64,000 bases of DNA, from positions 1 through 64,000 of IMG/VR virus record IMGVR_UViG_3300035070_002626. One strand, 5' to 3'. Below the pieces are notes generated by a model. It made no database searches and had not been told where the DNA came from. It was given only the letters and a program-made list of their open reading frames with translations. Both the position numbers and the translations under genes were made by a program. Shown in pieces: positions 27,309-37,641 of this stretch (positions are counted from its first letter, which is position 1; the number at the start of each line of letters is the position of its first letter).

Positions 27309-27723
27309 TCTTTATCCTCCATCGTGCAATAACGTTAGTTAACACTGTTGGAGTGTCAGTGAACCATTTACTTACATGATAGTCACATTCCAGTGGTTCT
27401 TCGAACATTTTATTTGTATCGTCAAATCGACTCTCTTTGATGGTATCCATCCAAACTGTAAAGTCTGCATCAAACTCTAATCGAAACCTGCGAGTAGGAC
27501 AAACAAAGTCTGCCACAGCAATTTTGCCTGCCATAACAACACCATCTGCCAAGTGTCGCATACGTACTGCTTGACGCATACGCCCTATTGGTGTAAAATC
27601 CCAATCGTTGTAATGTTTACGCACTGCATCTGCATTGATATGCACACCACCAATTAAATCTGCAAATGGTTTTGCTAATGTAGTCTTGCCACTACCTGGC
27701 AATCCAAAAATTAAAATTTTCAT
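27295..27723 (-). CDS. Adenylylsulfate kinase-like P-loop kinase
   Basis: GLPGSGKTT, NADAVR, DF...GR, ADFVCP, FEEP. Confidence 0.75.
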   Translation of the reverse strand: MKILIFGLPGSGKTTLAKPFADLIGGVHINADAVRKHYNDWDFTPIGRMRQAVRMRHLADGVVMAGKIAVADFVCPTRRFRLEFDADFTVWMDTIKESRFDDTNKMFEEPLECDYHVSKWFTDTPTVLTNVIARWRIKNELD

Positions 27724-27733
27724 ATTAAATAAA

Positions 27734-28456
27734 TTATGCCTGTTTAAAACTGTCCTCGATTAGATCTTTAATAGTGTGCAAGTTAGCACCAATATCTAAT
27801 ACCACTCTAGGCTCGTTGCTTCTGTTTAATACCCAATGGGCATATCTATAGTTATTAATCAAGTATGCATTGCGTTCAACAATTGGAAGATTTCCCCATT
27901 TATAAAAACCAAATTCATTGCCTTCACTCCATTTTAGAGGAATGTAAATTTTATTTAATGCACGGGCACCCTGGGTAGGATCAACGTGAGGGAAAAGATA
28001 TCCGCCTGGCGGCAACACATAAAAGTTAACAATGTTGATATCCTGGGGGTTTGGAAAAAGCTTCTCAACAAACTGTCTAATAGGGTGATCAACATTTAGT
28101 CGCCATTCAAATTTAAAGTCATTGCGGTGTAACATACACAGCCGGTCTTCGTCATTTGCTTTCTGTTTGTCTGCTGCAAATTTTACCCATGCATCCCAGT
28201 CTGCCGGGCCAAACAAAACTTGACCGTTCCATTCTTTGATTTGATAGTCAACCTCAATGTGTTCGTTGTCATTGGTAAACAGCCATTGCTGTCTCCAGTT
28301 GGTGCTTTGTTCTACTGCTTGGTCAAATACATTTTGATCAAACTCCGGGACATCAATGTTTAACTTGGTCCAAGGTACTCCGCTGTCTAGATAATGGTCA
28401 AGATCAAACTGGTTATTATTGCTTAGTTCTTCGATTAGTTTAGGGAATTTATGCAT
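27734..28456 (-). CDS. Asp/Asn beta-hydroxylase-like 2OG-Fe(II) cupin
   Basis: LPPGG.L.PHVD, IYIPL, H.V.N.S..PR. Confidence 0.7.
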   Translation of the reverse strand: MHKFPKLIEELSNNNQFDLDHYLDSGVPWTKLNIDVPEFDQNVFDQAVEQSTNWRQQWLFTNDNEHIEVDYQIKEWNGQVLFGPADWDAWVKFAADKQKANDEDRLCMLHRNDFKFEWRLNVDHPIRQFVEKLFPNPQDINIVNFYVLPPGGYLFPHVDPTQGARALNKIYIPLKWSEGNEFGFYKWGNLPIVERNAYLINNYRYAHWVLNRSNEPRVVLDIGANLHTIKDLIEDSFKQA

Positions 28457-28871
28457 CGTAACCGTCCATTAAAAACTTCCAAATTGGTGTTTTGATATCT
28501 AATTCAAATGTACCATTGTGATAAAACACGCTGCAAGGCTGATAGTAATCAGGTGGCAAAAATTCTCTATAAAAATTTTCATCATAGCAAGGAAAGTACT
28601 TTCCTTTGTAAAAATGATGTTGTAGATTTATGTCGTCTATTACTACTTTTACAAGTTCCACAAATGTGTCTTTTTCAGAATCGGGTATGTGTACTTTGTC
28701 AAAAAATTGTATTCTCAATTGATCAATTGGCGAAAAATCAATCTCAGTTGTTACTGTAAACTTTCCGTCTTGTACTGAATCATATTCTGTAGTGTTGTTG
28801 TGTCTATTAGAAACGCTGATTTTAGGATCGCCGCCAGCAACTGATCCTATAAATTCTAATTCAACCTTCAT
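28449..28871 (-). CDS. Hypothetical beta-rich protein (paralog family)
   Basis: GGGAG RBS before MKVELEF; similar to 33488..34081. Confidence 0.6.
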   Translation of the reverse strand: MKVELEFIGSVAGGDPKISVSNRHNNTTEYDSVQDGKFTVTTEIDFSPIDQLRIQFFDKVHIPDSEKDTFVELVKVVIDDINLQHHFYKGKYFPCYDENFYREFLPPDYYQPCSVFYHNGTFELDIKTPIWKFLMDGYDA

Positions 28872-29037
28872 AATTAACTCCCGCTGTGCATTAATCCTAT
28901 TAGTAAAGGATAGCAGTTTTGTGTCTTGCTCAGGACACTCTGGGCACCATTTGCTCAATTGTTTTACAAGAGGAACAAAACCCTATATGTGTAAGCTAAC
29001 CGTGGGCTTATACGAGCGTATTAAGTCGCTACACTAT

Positions 29038-29121
<84 letters not shown>

Positions 29122-29193
29122 ATGTATTACATTATATACTATCTACTTATAGTGTCAATCCTGCTCGGTTAAAAAAACTCTACAATACATAAC

Positions 29194-29424
29194 TTATTCC
29201 GGAATTGTTTTATATGTTCCTTCGGTGCTACTATATGCAAGTATTAATTTTTCCCACTGCCTGTCCGACATTTCAATCACTGATACCCACACATCATCGT
29301 CATTAATGGCTTGTGTAATTAACACTGATTCCTCTCCAAAATACATTTTTACATCTTGAAACTCACCTTGTGAGTCCAGTACTGTAACAACGGTTTCGTC
29401 AAACTCTTCTTCGACTGTGAACAT
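29194..29424 (-). CDS. Hypothetical acidic protein
   Basis: ORF between tRNA genes. Confidence 0.6.
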   Translation of the reverse strand: MFTVEEEFDETVVTVLDSQGEFQDVKMYFGEESVLITQAINDDDVWVSVIEMSDRQWEKLILAYSSTEGTYKTIPE

Positions 29425-29443
29425 TTTTACTTGCGTCCTAAAT

Positions 29444-29520
29444 TGGCGATCTCTGCAGGATTCGAACCTGCGACCTAGTGCTTAGAAGGCACTTGCTCTA
29501 TCCAGCTGAGCTAAGAGACC
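29444..29520 (-). tRNA. tRNA-Arg(UCU)
   Basis: AGTGC-CTTCTAA-GCACT; canonical D and T arms; CCA. Confidence 0.95.
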
Positions 29521-29533
29521 ATGTTATAATAAT

Positions 29534-29562
29534 AGTATATGATATAGTGTTACTGTTGTCAA
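29534..29562 (-). promoter_or_regulatory. sigma70-type promoter for tRNA-Arg
   Basis: TTGACA-N17-TATACT; the -35 box overlaps the upstream TGA stop. Confidence 0.75.
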
Positions 29563-30575
29563 CCTAAATAATCGATACACCCATCAGTGTCTCTATTCAA
29601 CTCATTTGTTAGGCAGGTCATGCCTTGGTTGAAAAAATGAGAATATGTAAAATCAACAAAAATTACTTCAATTTGATACTTGTTAAACTGATCTAGTAGG
29701 TATTGATTGTTTTTGTAATGGCTGTACATCATAACAGTGTTAGTGTCAAGACTTAATGTATTAACTGCTAGAACCGTGTTAGCAAAGTCATCGTCTTGAA
29801 TTTTATCGTCTACTAAAGTCTGAGGTAGACTCAACGATTTATCATGATCGGGATTAACATGAATGATATCCCAATTTCTAAAGTATTCTGGCAAGCTTTC
29901 TTTGCTATGATAAGTGAGCAACAGCCCTGGTCTCAGTATAGACAAATGACTATCCAAATGCCCACTAAAAACATTTTTATCCAACTGATGATATCGATAG
30001 TCTGGGTACATTGCTTGTAGCCATTGGCGCCCTAGTTCATTATGGCTTCCGCACCCGCTAACAAATATGTCTTTTCCGTACCTTAAAATTGCAGCACCGT
30101 CTAATATCGGATCTTGTTCTACTACAATGTCGTCATAGTCAACTTCTATGTTTTTGTAATCATGTCTGGGCAACGGCATGTTAAGCCAACGTGCGCCGCT
30201 TTGGAGTTTTTCAATTAGCAAATCTCTCCAGTAGTAAGTTTCAAACGTTCTTTCTTTTTGCCAACTAGCTGACTCAATAATGTCGTTGCCCATAACTAAA
30301 AACACATCTCTCGGGGTTAATGGTATTTTTGTTCCCATGCTATCCCAATAAGGAGTGCAAACTTGTGTGTTGTTAATACTAACCGGGCGATGAACTTTAA
30401 TATTCCTTGATTCAAGGATTTTTTGTATCTGATTGAGTTCTTTTTTTGTTTTGTTAAAAATATGAGTAAGTCTTGGGCGTTGTGCAGCATCGCAAAAATC
30501 TATCACATTGTGATCAACATCACCTAACATTATTTCTTTAACTGTGTCAAATGTATTAAACGAGTTTATTGTCAT
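29559..30575 (-). CDS. Amidinotransferase family protein (copy 2)
   Basis: PLTPRD, LDGAA, GHLDSH, LRPG, VNTLSLD, QGMTCLT. Confidence 0.78.
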   Translation of the reverse strand: MTINSFNTFDTVKEIMLGDVDHNVIDFCDAAQRPRLTHIFNKTKKELNQIQKILESRNIKVHRPVSINNTQVCTPYWDSMGTKIPLTPRDVFLVMGNDIIESASWQKERTFETYYWRDLLIEKLQSGARWLNMPLPRHDYKNIEVDYDDIVVEQDPILDGAAILRYGKDIFVSGCGSHNELGRQWLQAMYPDYRYHQLDKNVFSGHLDSHLSILRPGLLLTYHSKESLPEYFRNWDIIHVNPDHDKSLSLPQTLVDDKIQDDDFANTVLAVNTLSLDTNTVMMYSHYKNNQYLLDQFNKYQIEVIFVDFTYSHFFNQGMTCLTNELNRDTDGCIDYLG

Positions 30576-31111
30576 CTTTTTTCCCAAGGGTTGTTTGCAT
30601 TCTCGTCAAGGAATACCCAGTCTTCTTTGCTGCTAAGTATTTTTGATATAGGTGATTCTTTGTCAAATTTACTTTTCCAATCGTATCCTGCTGCAAATTT
30701 AAAAATTATTTGACCAAACCATCCAAACGTATTTCCATTGATGCCATATATAATATCTAAATAATGTTCCTGCTCGTCTTCGGTTAACTCATTCCACCAT
30801 TCTTGGTTTAGTATAGGTCTATAATCTGCATTATAAAAATTCAACCAAGCATTGTTGATCAAAATTGAATTTATTTTTAAATATTTGTGCTGTGCTTCTA
30901 CATTTCCTGAAAATTCAAAACAGATTGTGTTTTGCTCAGACTCAACATACTCGTTGTAAAATCTTATTGTTTCGCTGTGCACCACGCCTGGCGAGTATAC
31001 TTTTTCAAACATCACTGAATCATTAATGCTTACTTTGATTAAAACATCTGTGTTCTCATGATATACTTCGATTGGTATGCTATGTGAAAAAATCAATGAT
31101 CGGTTATTCAT
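30572..31111 (-). CDS. Hypothetical beta-rich protein (paralog family)
   Basis: VSIND...LKINSILIN...FGWFG...F.F. Confidence 0.6.
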   Translation of the reverse strand: MNNRSLIFSHSIPIEVYHENTDVLIKVSINDSVMFEKVYSPGVVHSETIRFYNEYVESEQNTICFEFSGNVEAQHKYLKINSILINNAWLNFYNADYRPILNQEWWNELTEDEQEHYLDIIYGINGNTFGWFGQIIFKFAAGYDWKSKFDKESPISKILSSKEDWVFLDENANNPWEKR

Positions 31112-31136
31112 ATCGTTCTTCGTCCTGCACATGTGT

Positions 31137-31211
31137 TGGAGCGGGTGATGAGATTCGAACTCACGACAACTTCGTTGGCAACGAAGAGCTCTACCACTGA
31201 GCTACACCCGC
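31137..31211 (-). tRNA. tRNA-Gly(GCC)
   Basis: CTTCG-TTGCCAA-CGAAG; U73; CCA. Confidence 0.95.
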
Positions 31212-31223
31212 TTGTAGTATTAG

Positions 31224-31940
31224 TTATACTGTATCTACTTGTTCGGTTAAAATTCTAAAAGTGTCGTTCCAGTCAGCAACTTTGTATGATTTGCCTCTGT
31301 TTTGTTCAGCTATTGCATCTGCTAAAGGGGCGTCATTGCCGCCGGGGAAAATCGCATCACCAAAAAAATGTAGTTCGTCAGTGTCGGCAAAATCAACTAA
31401 TATCTGACTTTTGTTATTGCCTTTTGGTGCAATATCTAATCCTGTTTCCCCACCTGATGTAGCAAGTAACTCTGGAAACATTAAGTTAAATGATTTAACA
31501 ATCCTAGCACGTTCACGTTGTGCTTTATCCCATGTAACGTATAATGCACGTTCGGTTAAACTAGCGTTACGACCTACTACACTAAAGTTTACCATACCAG
31601 ATCGTTCTTCGATGTGATTGCCAGTGCGTACTGGAAATTTACTTTCGTACTCACAACTGTCTAAGAAATACCTGGCAAGATCGGGTAACCTCCAATTACT
31701 AGTACGAACATTTTTATCGCCTTGCCACACATCACTACCAGAACATTGGTAAACACGCTGACATTTGTGGTAAATGTACTCGCCAATTTGTTCGACAGTT
31801 TTAGGTTTGTCGCTCCCAGTGACAAGATACACAAGATTGTTTTCACAAAACTTGCTAAACCACACAGCAAATTGTTTGTCCATGTGCTGCCTGCTATCAG
31901 TAAGTGTACCGTCTACATCAAATATGTACTTTTTTGCCAT
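31224..31940 (-). CDS. HAD-IIB phosphomannomutase-like enzyme (PMM family)
   Basis: FDVDGTLT, VTGSD, IE.R.GMVNFS..GR, GG...DI, FFGD...GGND. Confidence 0.85.
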   Translation of the reverse strand: MAKKYIFDVDGTLTDSRQHMDKQFAVWFSKFCENNLVYLVTGSDKPKTVEQIGEYIYHKCQRVYQCSGSDVWQGDKNVRTSNWRLPDLARYFLDSCEYESKFPVRTGNHIEERSGMVNFSVVGRNASLTERALYVTWDKAQRERARIVKSFNLMFPELLATSGGETGLDIAPKGNNKSQILVDFADTDELHFFGDAIFPGGNDAPLADAIAEQNRGKSYKVADWNDTFRILTEQVDTV

Positions 31941-33444
31941 CTTCTTTCCTGATTACATAATTGTTAATTATTAATACATCAAGACCGCATTTCTTAAATG
32001 TGGCAACTGCATCCTCGGGTGTTTCTACAATAGGCTCCTGGCAGTTGAAGCTGGTGTTGAGCAACATAGGAACGCCTGTTAGGGTATAGAATGCATTTAT
32101 TAAGTCGTAGTAGCAAGAATTAAACTCGCGCTGTACAGTCTGTATACGTGCTGTGCCGTCTACATGTGTTACACCAGGAATAGTATTACTTGTAACTGGC
32201 ATGATACGGCTCATGTACGGACTAGGCTGGTTGGTATCAAAATAATCTTGATAATGTTCATACAATACACTTGGCGCAAATGGTCTGAAGTCTTCACGCA
32301 GTTTAATTTTACTGTTGATAATATCTTTAATATCTGGCTTGCGTGGATCTGCAAGTATACTCCGATTGCCTAACGCTCTGTGCCCGCTTTCGCTAGCACC
32401 CTGATACCATCCAACTATTGCACCATCGGCAATAGCAGCGGCAACTTCAGTGTATACTTCTTCCATTGATTTTTGTTGATAGTACAATCCGTTGAATATA
32501 GCAGTGTCTACAATGTAGTCTTCTCCTGCATACACTGTAGGAATATGTGTGTTACCATTTAAAATGTAATCAGCATGCATGTAAACGCCTAATGCCTGGC
32601 CTTCGTCACCAGGAGCCGGCGGCACATGTACATTTGTGTAATGCTTTGTAAACTCTTCATTCATATAACCGTTGTATGCAACTCCGCCTGCAATGCATAA
32701 ATTGTCTGATGTTTTAAGAGGATATACGTGTTTTGTAACAAGTTCAAATGTAACTTGTTGTAGCGTAAATGCTACATCCTCTTTAGCAACACGCTGTATA
32801 ATATCATGTGCACCGTCAGGGAGTCGTTGATTGGGATTTTCTAAATAACGATGAATCATTGTGTAAACTTCATCGTTATATTTTCCAAATCCTACCAAGC
32901 CCATAACCTTGCCGGCTTGGAGGAATTCAAATCCAAGATTCTGTGCTAATGTGTTCCAACACCCGCCAATTGACAGTTCCTTGGTCAAGTCAGTGATTGT
33001 ACCGTGTTTATTAATAAAGATACAATTAAAATTATAACCCTTGTCGTCAATCGCTAGTACATCACTTTCTTTAAAGCCTGAATTTAGAAATGCATAAGCA
33101 GCATGACTTTGGTGATGGTCGATATAGTAATAACTATCTGTGTGTAATCTATCCCATAGATTGTTTGGCTTAAACTTTAAAAAATCTGTGTCCGGTAAGG
33201 TCTCTTCTACTAAGTCTTCAACATATTCATGTCCTAAATTAGAAATAGTAAATGCAAATACTTGCTCTTTATTATAGTTAGGCAAGAAATGGTCGTCGAA
33301 AAAATCCCTACAGGGCACAGGGTCACGCAAGAAATCCGGATTAAGATTATGCTTTACTCTGGTGTGCCGTTCTATTTGGTTATGAACCAGACCGTTGTAT
33401 GTATTGTGATCGTGGTGATTTACTGCTATAGAAAATATTTTCAT
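31918..33444 (-). CDS. Carbamoyltransferase, NodU/CmcH family (copy 2)
   Basis: HHQSHA, AGKVMGL, GGVAYN, RALGNRSILADP, REDFRPFAP, HVDGTAR, LNTSFN. Confidence 0.9.
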   Translation of the reverse strand: MKIFSIAVNHHDHNTYNGLVHNQIERHTRVKHNLNPDFLRDPVPCRDFFDDHFLPNYNKEQVFAFTISNLGHEYVEDLVEETLPDTDFLKFKPNNLWDRLHTDSYYYIDHHQSHAAYAFLNSGFKESDVLAIDDKGYNFNCIFINKHGTITDLTKELSIGGCWNTLAQNLGFEFLQAGKVMGLVGFGKYNDEVYTMIHRYLENPNQRLPDGAHDIIQRVAKEDVAFTLQQVTFELVTKHVYPLKTSDNLCIAGGVAYNGYMNEEFTKHYTNVHVPPAPGDEGQALGVYMHADYILNGNTHIPTVYAGEDYIVDTAIFNGLYYQQKSMEEVYTEVAAAIADGAIVGWYQGASESGHRALGNRSILADPRKPDIKDIINSKIKLREDFRPFAPSVLYEHYQDYFDTNQPSPYMSRIMPVTSNTIPGVTHVDGTARIQTVQREFNSCYYDLINAFYTLTGVPMLLNTSFNCQEPIVETPEDAVATFKKCGLDVLIINNYVIRKEDGKKVHI

Positions 33445-33487
33445 CAGACTCTCTGTTTTGTTAAACATATAATAACACTGATAGTTG

Positions 33488-34081
33488 CTATACGTCAACC
33501 ATTCTTTTTAAATCGTGAATAGTAAAATCACTATCTTTGGCGATAGTCACTATTTCGCCCATTCGTTCAAACACTTCTTCGCCATCTGCGGTCTCTGTTT
33601 GATTAACATGTGCCTGAGCTTCATCTAACCAAAACGTGGTAAAATAATCAATATCGCTATTGTCTGTAAAATTAAACTTGTATATACCATTGAATCCAAA
33701 ATAAAGGTTGTTAATAATGAACTCAGGCGGGGTTTCATTTTTTTCGTGGTAGTCACTAACAATATTCTCAGGCCAGTTAACATAAAACGGCATTGTGTGC
33801 AGCACTGTGTGCAGTATTGAATTATTATCTATTGTTATATCTAGTAGTTCAACGCTTAAATCAGCTACAATATTATTACTATCGTCAACAATGGTATCGT
33901 CGTTGGTTTTGTTATAGTGTTCAATGGACAATACATTTTGCAACAATGGTTGAATGTTTAACGTGTGTTCATTAATCTCAGAAATTTCAGTATCAACATA
34001 TACTGTATCGTTAACAGATAGTCTCACCTTAGGTGATTTTCCATTGGCACAGTTGCCACGGAGCTTAATCTTTATTTCCAT
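33488..34081 (-). CDS. Hypothetical beta-rich protein (paralog family)
   Basis: SPKVRLSVND...HYNKT..DT...VEL.DITID...LYFGFNG.Y.F.F. Confidence 0.6.
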   Translation of the reverse strand: MEIKIKLRGNCANGKSPKVRLSVNDTVYVDTEISEINEHTLNIQPLLQNVLSIEHYNKTNDDTIVDDSNNIVADLSVELLDITIDNNSILHTVLHTMPFYVNWPENIVSDYHEKNETPPEFIINNLYFGFNGIYKFNFTDNSDIDYFTTFWLDEAQAHVNQTETADGEEVFERMGEIVTIAKDSDFTIHDLKRMVDV

Positions 34082-34099
34082 TATGTGCTAGCCTGTTTT

Positions 34100-35653
34100 T
34101 TAAAAATTTTGCTTTGAATGTGCCCATGGTTCAATGATATCAGCTGATAAACTGTTCTGTTCTCGATCAAACTTTACATTGTTAATCATAGTTCCAGTAT
34201 TATCTGTTAGTAGCTGAACTTCGTTCCAGCTACTCAGCAATTGCTTTGTATAGTTTGCTGCTTCGAAAACTGGATACCCCAATTCTTCAACATGTGATTG
34301 TAGGATAATCCTTCTCTTCAATCGTTCCTTGTATGTTAATGTCGGATTATCAACACAAACCCAATCATTAACATGATCATTGTCCTGCACTAGGTTATAT
34401 TTTTCTCTATCATCATATAATGGAGTGCGTTTTAATAGATTCAGTGTAAGTCCTAAATTTACTTCTTCGATTGTGCCGTTATCTAGATATGGCTTGTATC
34501 GAGTAAACATCTCTTTTGTTAAATCAAAATCTTCTATGGTCTCTGTAGGATACCCTACAATCATTAACATACGTACTTTGATCCCTACTCTATCTAGTTG
34601 GGAAATGCTGTAGTTAAGATCTTCTTCGCTATATCCCTTTTTCATGTGTTCTCTCACTGCCGGAGAACCGCTTTCGATTCCAACTAACATTGTACCTGCA
34701 CCAGCTGCCTTCATGACATCAAAGTCTTCGGGTGGCATCTGTTTTGGCCCACGTACAATAAAATGGGTGTCCCATATAAACTTTTTTTCTTCTGGTAGTG
34801 TTTTTCTGTATTCAGCTAACTCTAGAGTCATTTCCCTAAATGCTTTCATACTACCATTAATTAGACTATCTGTAAATCTAAATGCAGTTGCACCATATGC
34901 TTCAACTTGTTGACGCATTTCGTCAGCAATATTTTTGCCACTGCGATAGTAAAACTTTGGCCACATACTTGCAACATCACAAAATGTGCATTTTCTTACA
35001 CATCCTCTACTGCCAGTAATCGGCAATGCTTCCAACCCTTTGGAATTAGTGTAGGTTTTTAGTTCGTAGTCGTCATAATTGGGAAAAGCTAAACTATCAA
35101 CATCTACGATTTGCTGAGGAGGCTTGCCATTAATTCCAGGATAATCAATGTTTCCTTTAAGTAACTCGACTAATGCAAGTTCTCCTTCGCCCCGTATATA
35201 TGCGTCAATGATACGATTTTCGTGCAGAGACTCTGCAAATTTAAAATCTGTAGCAATTCCGCCGCCTCCGATTACAATTTTAATAGCAGGGTTGAGCTTT
35301 TTAATTGCAACAGATAGTAAGCGAGTTGCTCGTTGACTATTATAACTAAACACACTCATACCAACCCATGTTGGATTTTGATTAACAATTTTTTCGGCCC
35401 ACGATTCGATAACAGGAGCTAATAATTTCCATGTTTTATTATTATAGAATGTGTGATAAAAAAAGAAGTTGTCAATGGCGTTATGTAGTTCGTGATTATG
35501 AAACTGCTGATCAATTTCGGCATTAAGGTCAAAGATAATACTACTAAATCCGTGTGCAGATAAACTTCCCTTTAGCAATGCTGCTCCTGCTGGAGTATAC
35601 CCAAAATCGTCAACGATTCTCGGCGGTATTACTAACACAATATCTTTATTCAT
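34100..35653 (-). CDS. B12-binding radical SAM enzyme (class B methylase-like)
   Basis: N-terminal cobalamin-binding fold (GMSVF, IVIGG, GEGE); SRGCVRKCTFC; GIESGS; IVGYPTET. Confidence 0.88.
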   Translation of the reverse strand: MNKDIVLVIPPRIVDDFGYTPAGAALLKGSLSAHGFSSIIFDLNAEIDQQFHNHELHNAIDNFFFYHTFYNNKTWKLLAPVIESWAEKIVNQNPTWVGMSVFSYNSQRATRLLSVAIKKLNPAIKIVIGGGGIATDFKFAESLHENRIIDAYIRGEGELALVELLKGNIDYPGINGKPPQQIVDVDSLAFPNYDDYELKTYTNSKGLEALPITGSRGCVRKCTFCDVASMWPKFYYRSGKNIADEMRQQVEAYGATAFRFTDSLINGSMKAFREMTLELAEYRKTLPEEKKFIWDTHFIVRGPKQMPPEDFDVMKAAGAGTMLVGIESGSPAVREHMKKGYSEEDLNYSISQLDRVGIKVRMLMIVGYPTETIEDFDLTKEMFTRYKPYLDNGTIEEVNLGLTLNLLKRTPLYDDREKYNLVQDNDHVNDWVCVDNPTLTYKERLKRRIILQSHVEELGYPVFEAANYTKQLLSSWNEVQLLTDNTGTMINNVKFDREQNSLSADIIEPWAHSKQNF

Positions 35654-35687
35654 ATTTCTATTTACCGCTAATCGCATATTTGTGTTA

Positions 35688-35763
35688 TGGTGCCCCAAGA
35701 GAGACTCGAACTCCCGACCTACTGATTACAAATCAGTTGCTCTACCAGCTGAGCTATTGGGGC
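35688..35763 (-). tRNA. tRNA-Thr(UGU)
   Basis: ACTGA-TTTGTAA-TCAGT; CCA. Confidence 0.95.
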
Positions 35764-35768
35764 ATTAG

Positions 35769-35849
35769 TTATCTTCTTACTCTACATTCCGGACAAAAGT
35801 CGTTAGTGTCTAGTTCTGATCTACATTCTGGACATGTTGTTTGCTGCAT
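35769..35849 (-). CDS. 26-aa zinc-ribbon microprotein
   Basis: MQQTTCPECRSELDTNDFCPECRVRR; ATAAATA motif just upstream. Confidence 0.5.
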   Translation of the reverse strand: MQQTTCPECRSELDTNDFCPECRVRR

Positions 35850-35935
35850 GAAAATATTTATCCAATGTGTAATACACCTTATTTTTTCTACTTTTGTTAC
35901 AAGCAATAACTATAGTATAACACAGGTAAAAGCAC

Positions 35936-36946
35936 ATGTCAATGAGTACATATATTCCAGATTCGTTCGCTGGACCAAATTTTAACAAGAAACTGCTAAC
36001 ACTACTTCGCGGTGCTGGAATTGATCCTATAATTGCATATTCAATACTTCAGCGGCCAATCGTTGGAGGTATGTGGACTGTGCAACTACCCGAAGTGCCA
36101 GAAGAGAAATGGAAGCAACCAAATTTTCGTTTGATATTGCATGCACAGGACTTTGTAAACTGGCACAATAACACATCTTGCCCCGAGTTGCTGTGGATTG
36201 AAAAACATTACACATACGAGCAACAGCGTAAAATTATAGTCGTACATTGGGATCACAGCCTAACTGACTACTATGAAGGAAATATACAATTTGTTGAATT
36301 TCCAAGTCATAGTTATGAACTAGTCAATCAGCTCAAAGAAAGATGGAACGAATGGAAGGATGTACACAATAAAGACTTCAAGTATAATTTTATTTGTTTA
36401 AACGGGCAACCAAAGCCGCATAGAAATAAACTGTTTGACCTATTGCGGAATGAACCAACTGTATACGCCACACACGGGCATAAGTGCCCGGCGCCGTTTG
36501 CTTTGTATGTGAAATACGACTGGAACAACACCAACAACTTTATTAACCTAATGCCATTGTATCAACAAGCCAAAGCTAGTATTGTGAGTGAAACAATATA
36601 TTCGGACGGCCCTGGCATTATCACCGAAAAAACATTATTAGCCATTGCTGCTAAACATCCGTTTATGTGCATAGGACACATGAACATACATCGAGAAATC
36701 GCTGAACGAGGGTTTGAAAATTTTGATGATCTATTAGATTTAAGTTACGACACACTGGATGCAACACATAGATTGGATGCGGCTATAGAGTTAAACTTGC
36801 CAATGCTGCAAGATCCAGACTGGGATACTAGTGTAGCAATTGAAAAAACTGAACGCAATTTTGATTTTTTAATGAATGATTATACAAAAAGCATCGAGCA
36901 ACGTGCACAAAAACAGATATACAAAATTATGGACCAAAACTATTAG
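35936..36946 (+). CDS. Putative glycosyltransferase-like protein (TEK family paralog)
   Basis: CLNG..K.HR; VSET...ITEKT......HPF...GFENF...SYD. Confidence 0.5.
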   Translation: MSMSTYIPDSFAGPNFNKKLLTLLRGAGIDPIIAYSILQRPIVGGMWTVQLPEVPEEKWKQPNFRLILHAQDFVNWHNNTSCPELLWIEKHYTYEQQRKIIVVHWDHSLTDYYEGNIQFVEFPSHSYELVNQLKERWNEWKDVHNKDFKYNFICLNGQPKPHRNKLFDLLRNEPTVYATHGHKCPAPFALYVKYDWNNTNNFINLMPLYQQAKASIVSETIYSDGPGIITEKTLLAIAAKHPFMCIGHMNIHREIAERGFENFDDLLDLSYDTLDATHRLDAAIELNLPMLQDPDWDTSVAIEKTERNFDFLMNDYTKSIEQRAQKQIYKIMDQNY

Positions 36947-37307
36947 TAAGCCATTTTTCAATATCACCGGTTAAGTTAACCATCATAGCATCTTGGCTAT
37001 TAAAAAAACTTATACGATGTTTACCGTAGTAGTAAGGCCATTTTATTTTGCGATCTAGTCCTAATATGACTCGCTTGTTATGTCGGTTCCAGTCTTCGGG
37101 CAACTCAAAATCCCAGTGCTGAAATTTTAATTTTTTCATTATGTGAAAGCCAGTAGCAGTTAATCTAAGTCCGCCCGAGTCTCGAGTGTTGTACCACCAG
37201 CTATTAAAAGCTGACTTGTATTCATACCCGCTAGCAGAATCTCCGTGCAAGTCCAAAAGAAGATGTGTTAATTCTTCTTTATTTCTCTTCACTGTAAACA
37301 ACTTCAC
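36927..37307 (-). CDS. Hypothetical phage protein
   Basis: ORF, GGLRLT..G motif. Confidence 0.65.
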   Translation of the reverse strand: MKLFTVKRNKEELTHLLLDLHGDSASGYEYKSAFNSWWYNTRDSGGLRLTATGFHIMKKLKFQHWDFELPEDWNRHNKRVILGLDRKIKWPYYYGKHRISFFNSQDAMMVNLTGDIEKWLTNSFGP

Positions 37308-37575
37308 CCTTAGTGAGCATTACCACACTAAATTTATCTGTTTTAAATTGTATGTTTAATTTTTTAGCTAGGCTAATAGCATGCCCTGGGTTAGCAAAGC
37401 TGACTTTCTTGTACTTAGGACCAGGGTATTGTACTAACATGTTTGATGTTTTCAAATTGATCGGTGACTTGTTGTAGTATACTGCCCAAATACCTTCACT
37501 ACCAAGAACTTGTTCAGTCTTGTAGGTAGCTTTATCGGTGATCTCAGCTAATATAGTAGGTTTAGGTCTGCTCAT
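37279..37575 (-). CDS. Hypothetical phage protein (MSRPKP...)
   Basis: GGAG RBS; ATAAATA motif upstream. Confidence 0.7.
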   Translation of the reverse strand: MSRPKPTILAEITDKATYKTEQVLGSEGIWAVYYNKSPINLKTSNMLVQYPGPKYKKVSFANPGHAISLAKKLNIQFKTDKFSVVMLTKGEVVYSEEK

Positions 37576-37641
37576 GATTTGTTATCTCCACAGTTATATT
37601 TATGATAACTGCGTAGATAACTAGGTTAACGGCTTAGTTAA

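Noticed and set aside
28930-28990. HDV-like/theta ribozyme after tRNA-Leu (UUCCUC...GCAAAUGG)
   Set aside because: I could not build P1, P3 and P1.1 in the required nested order
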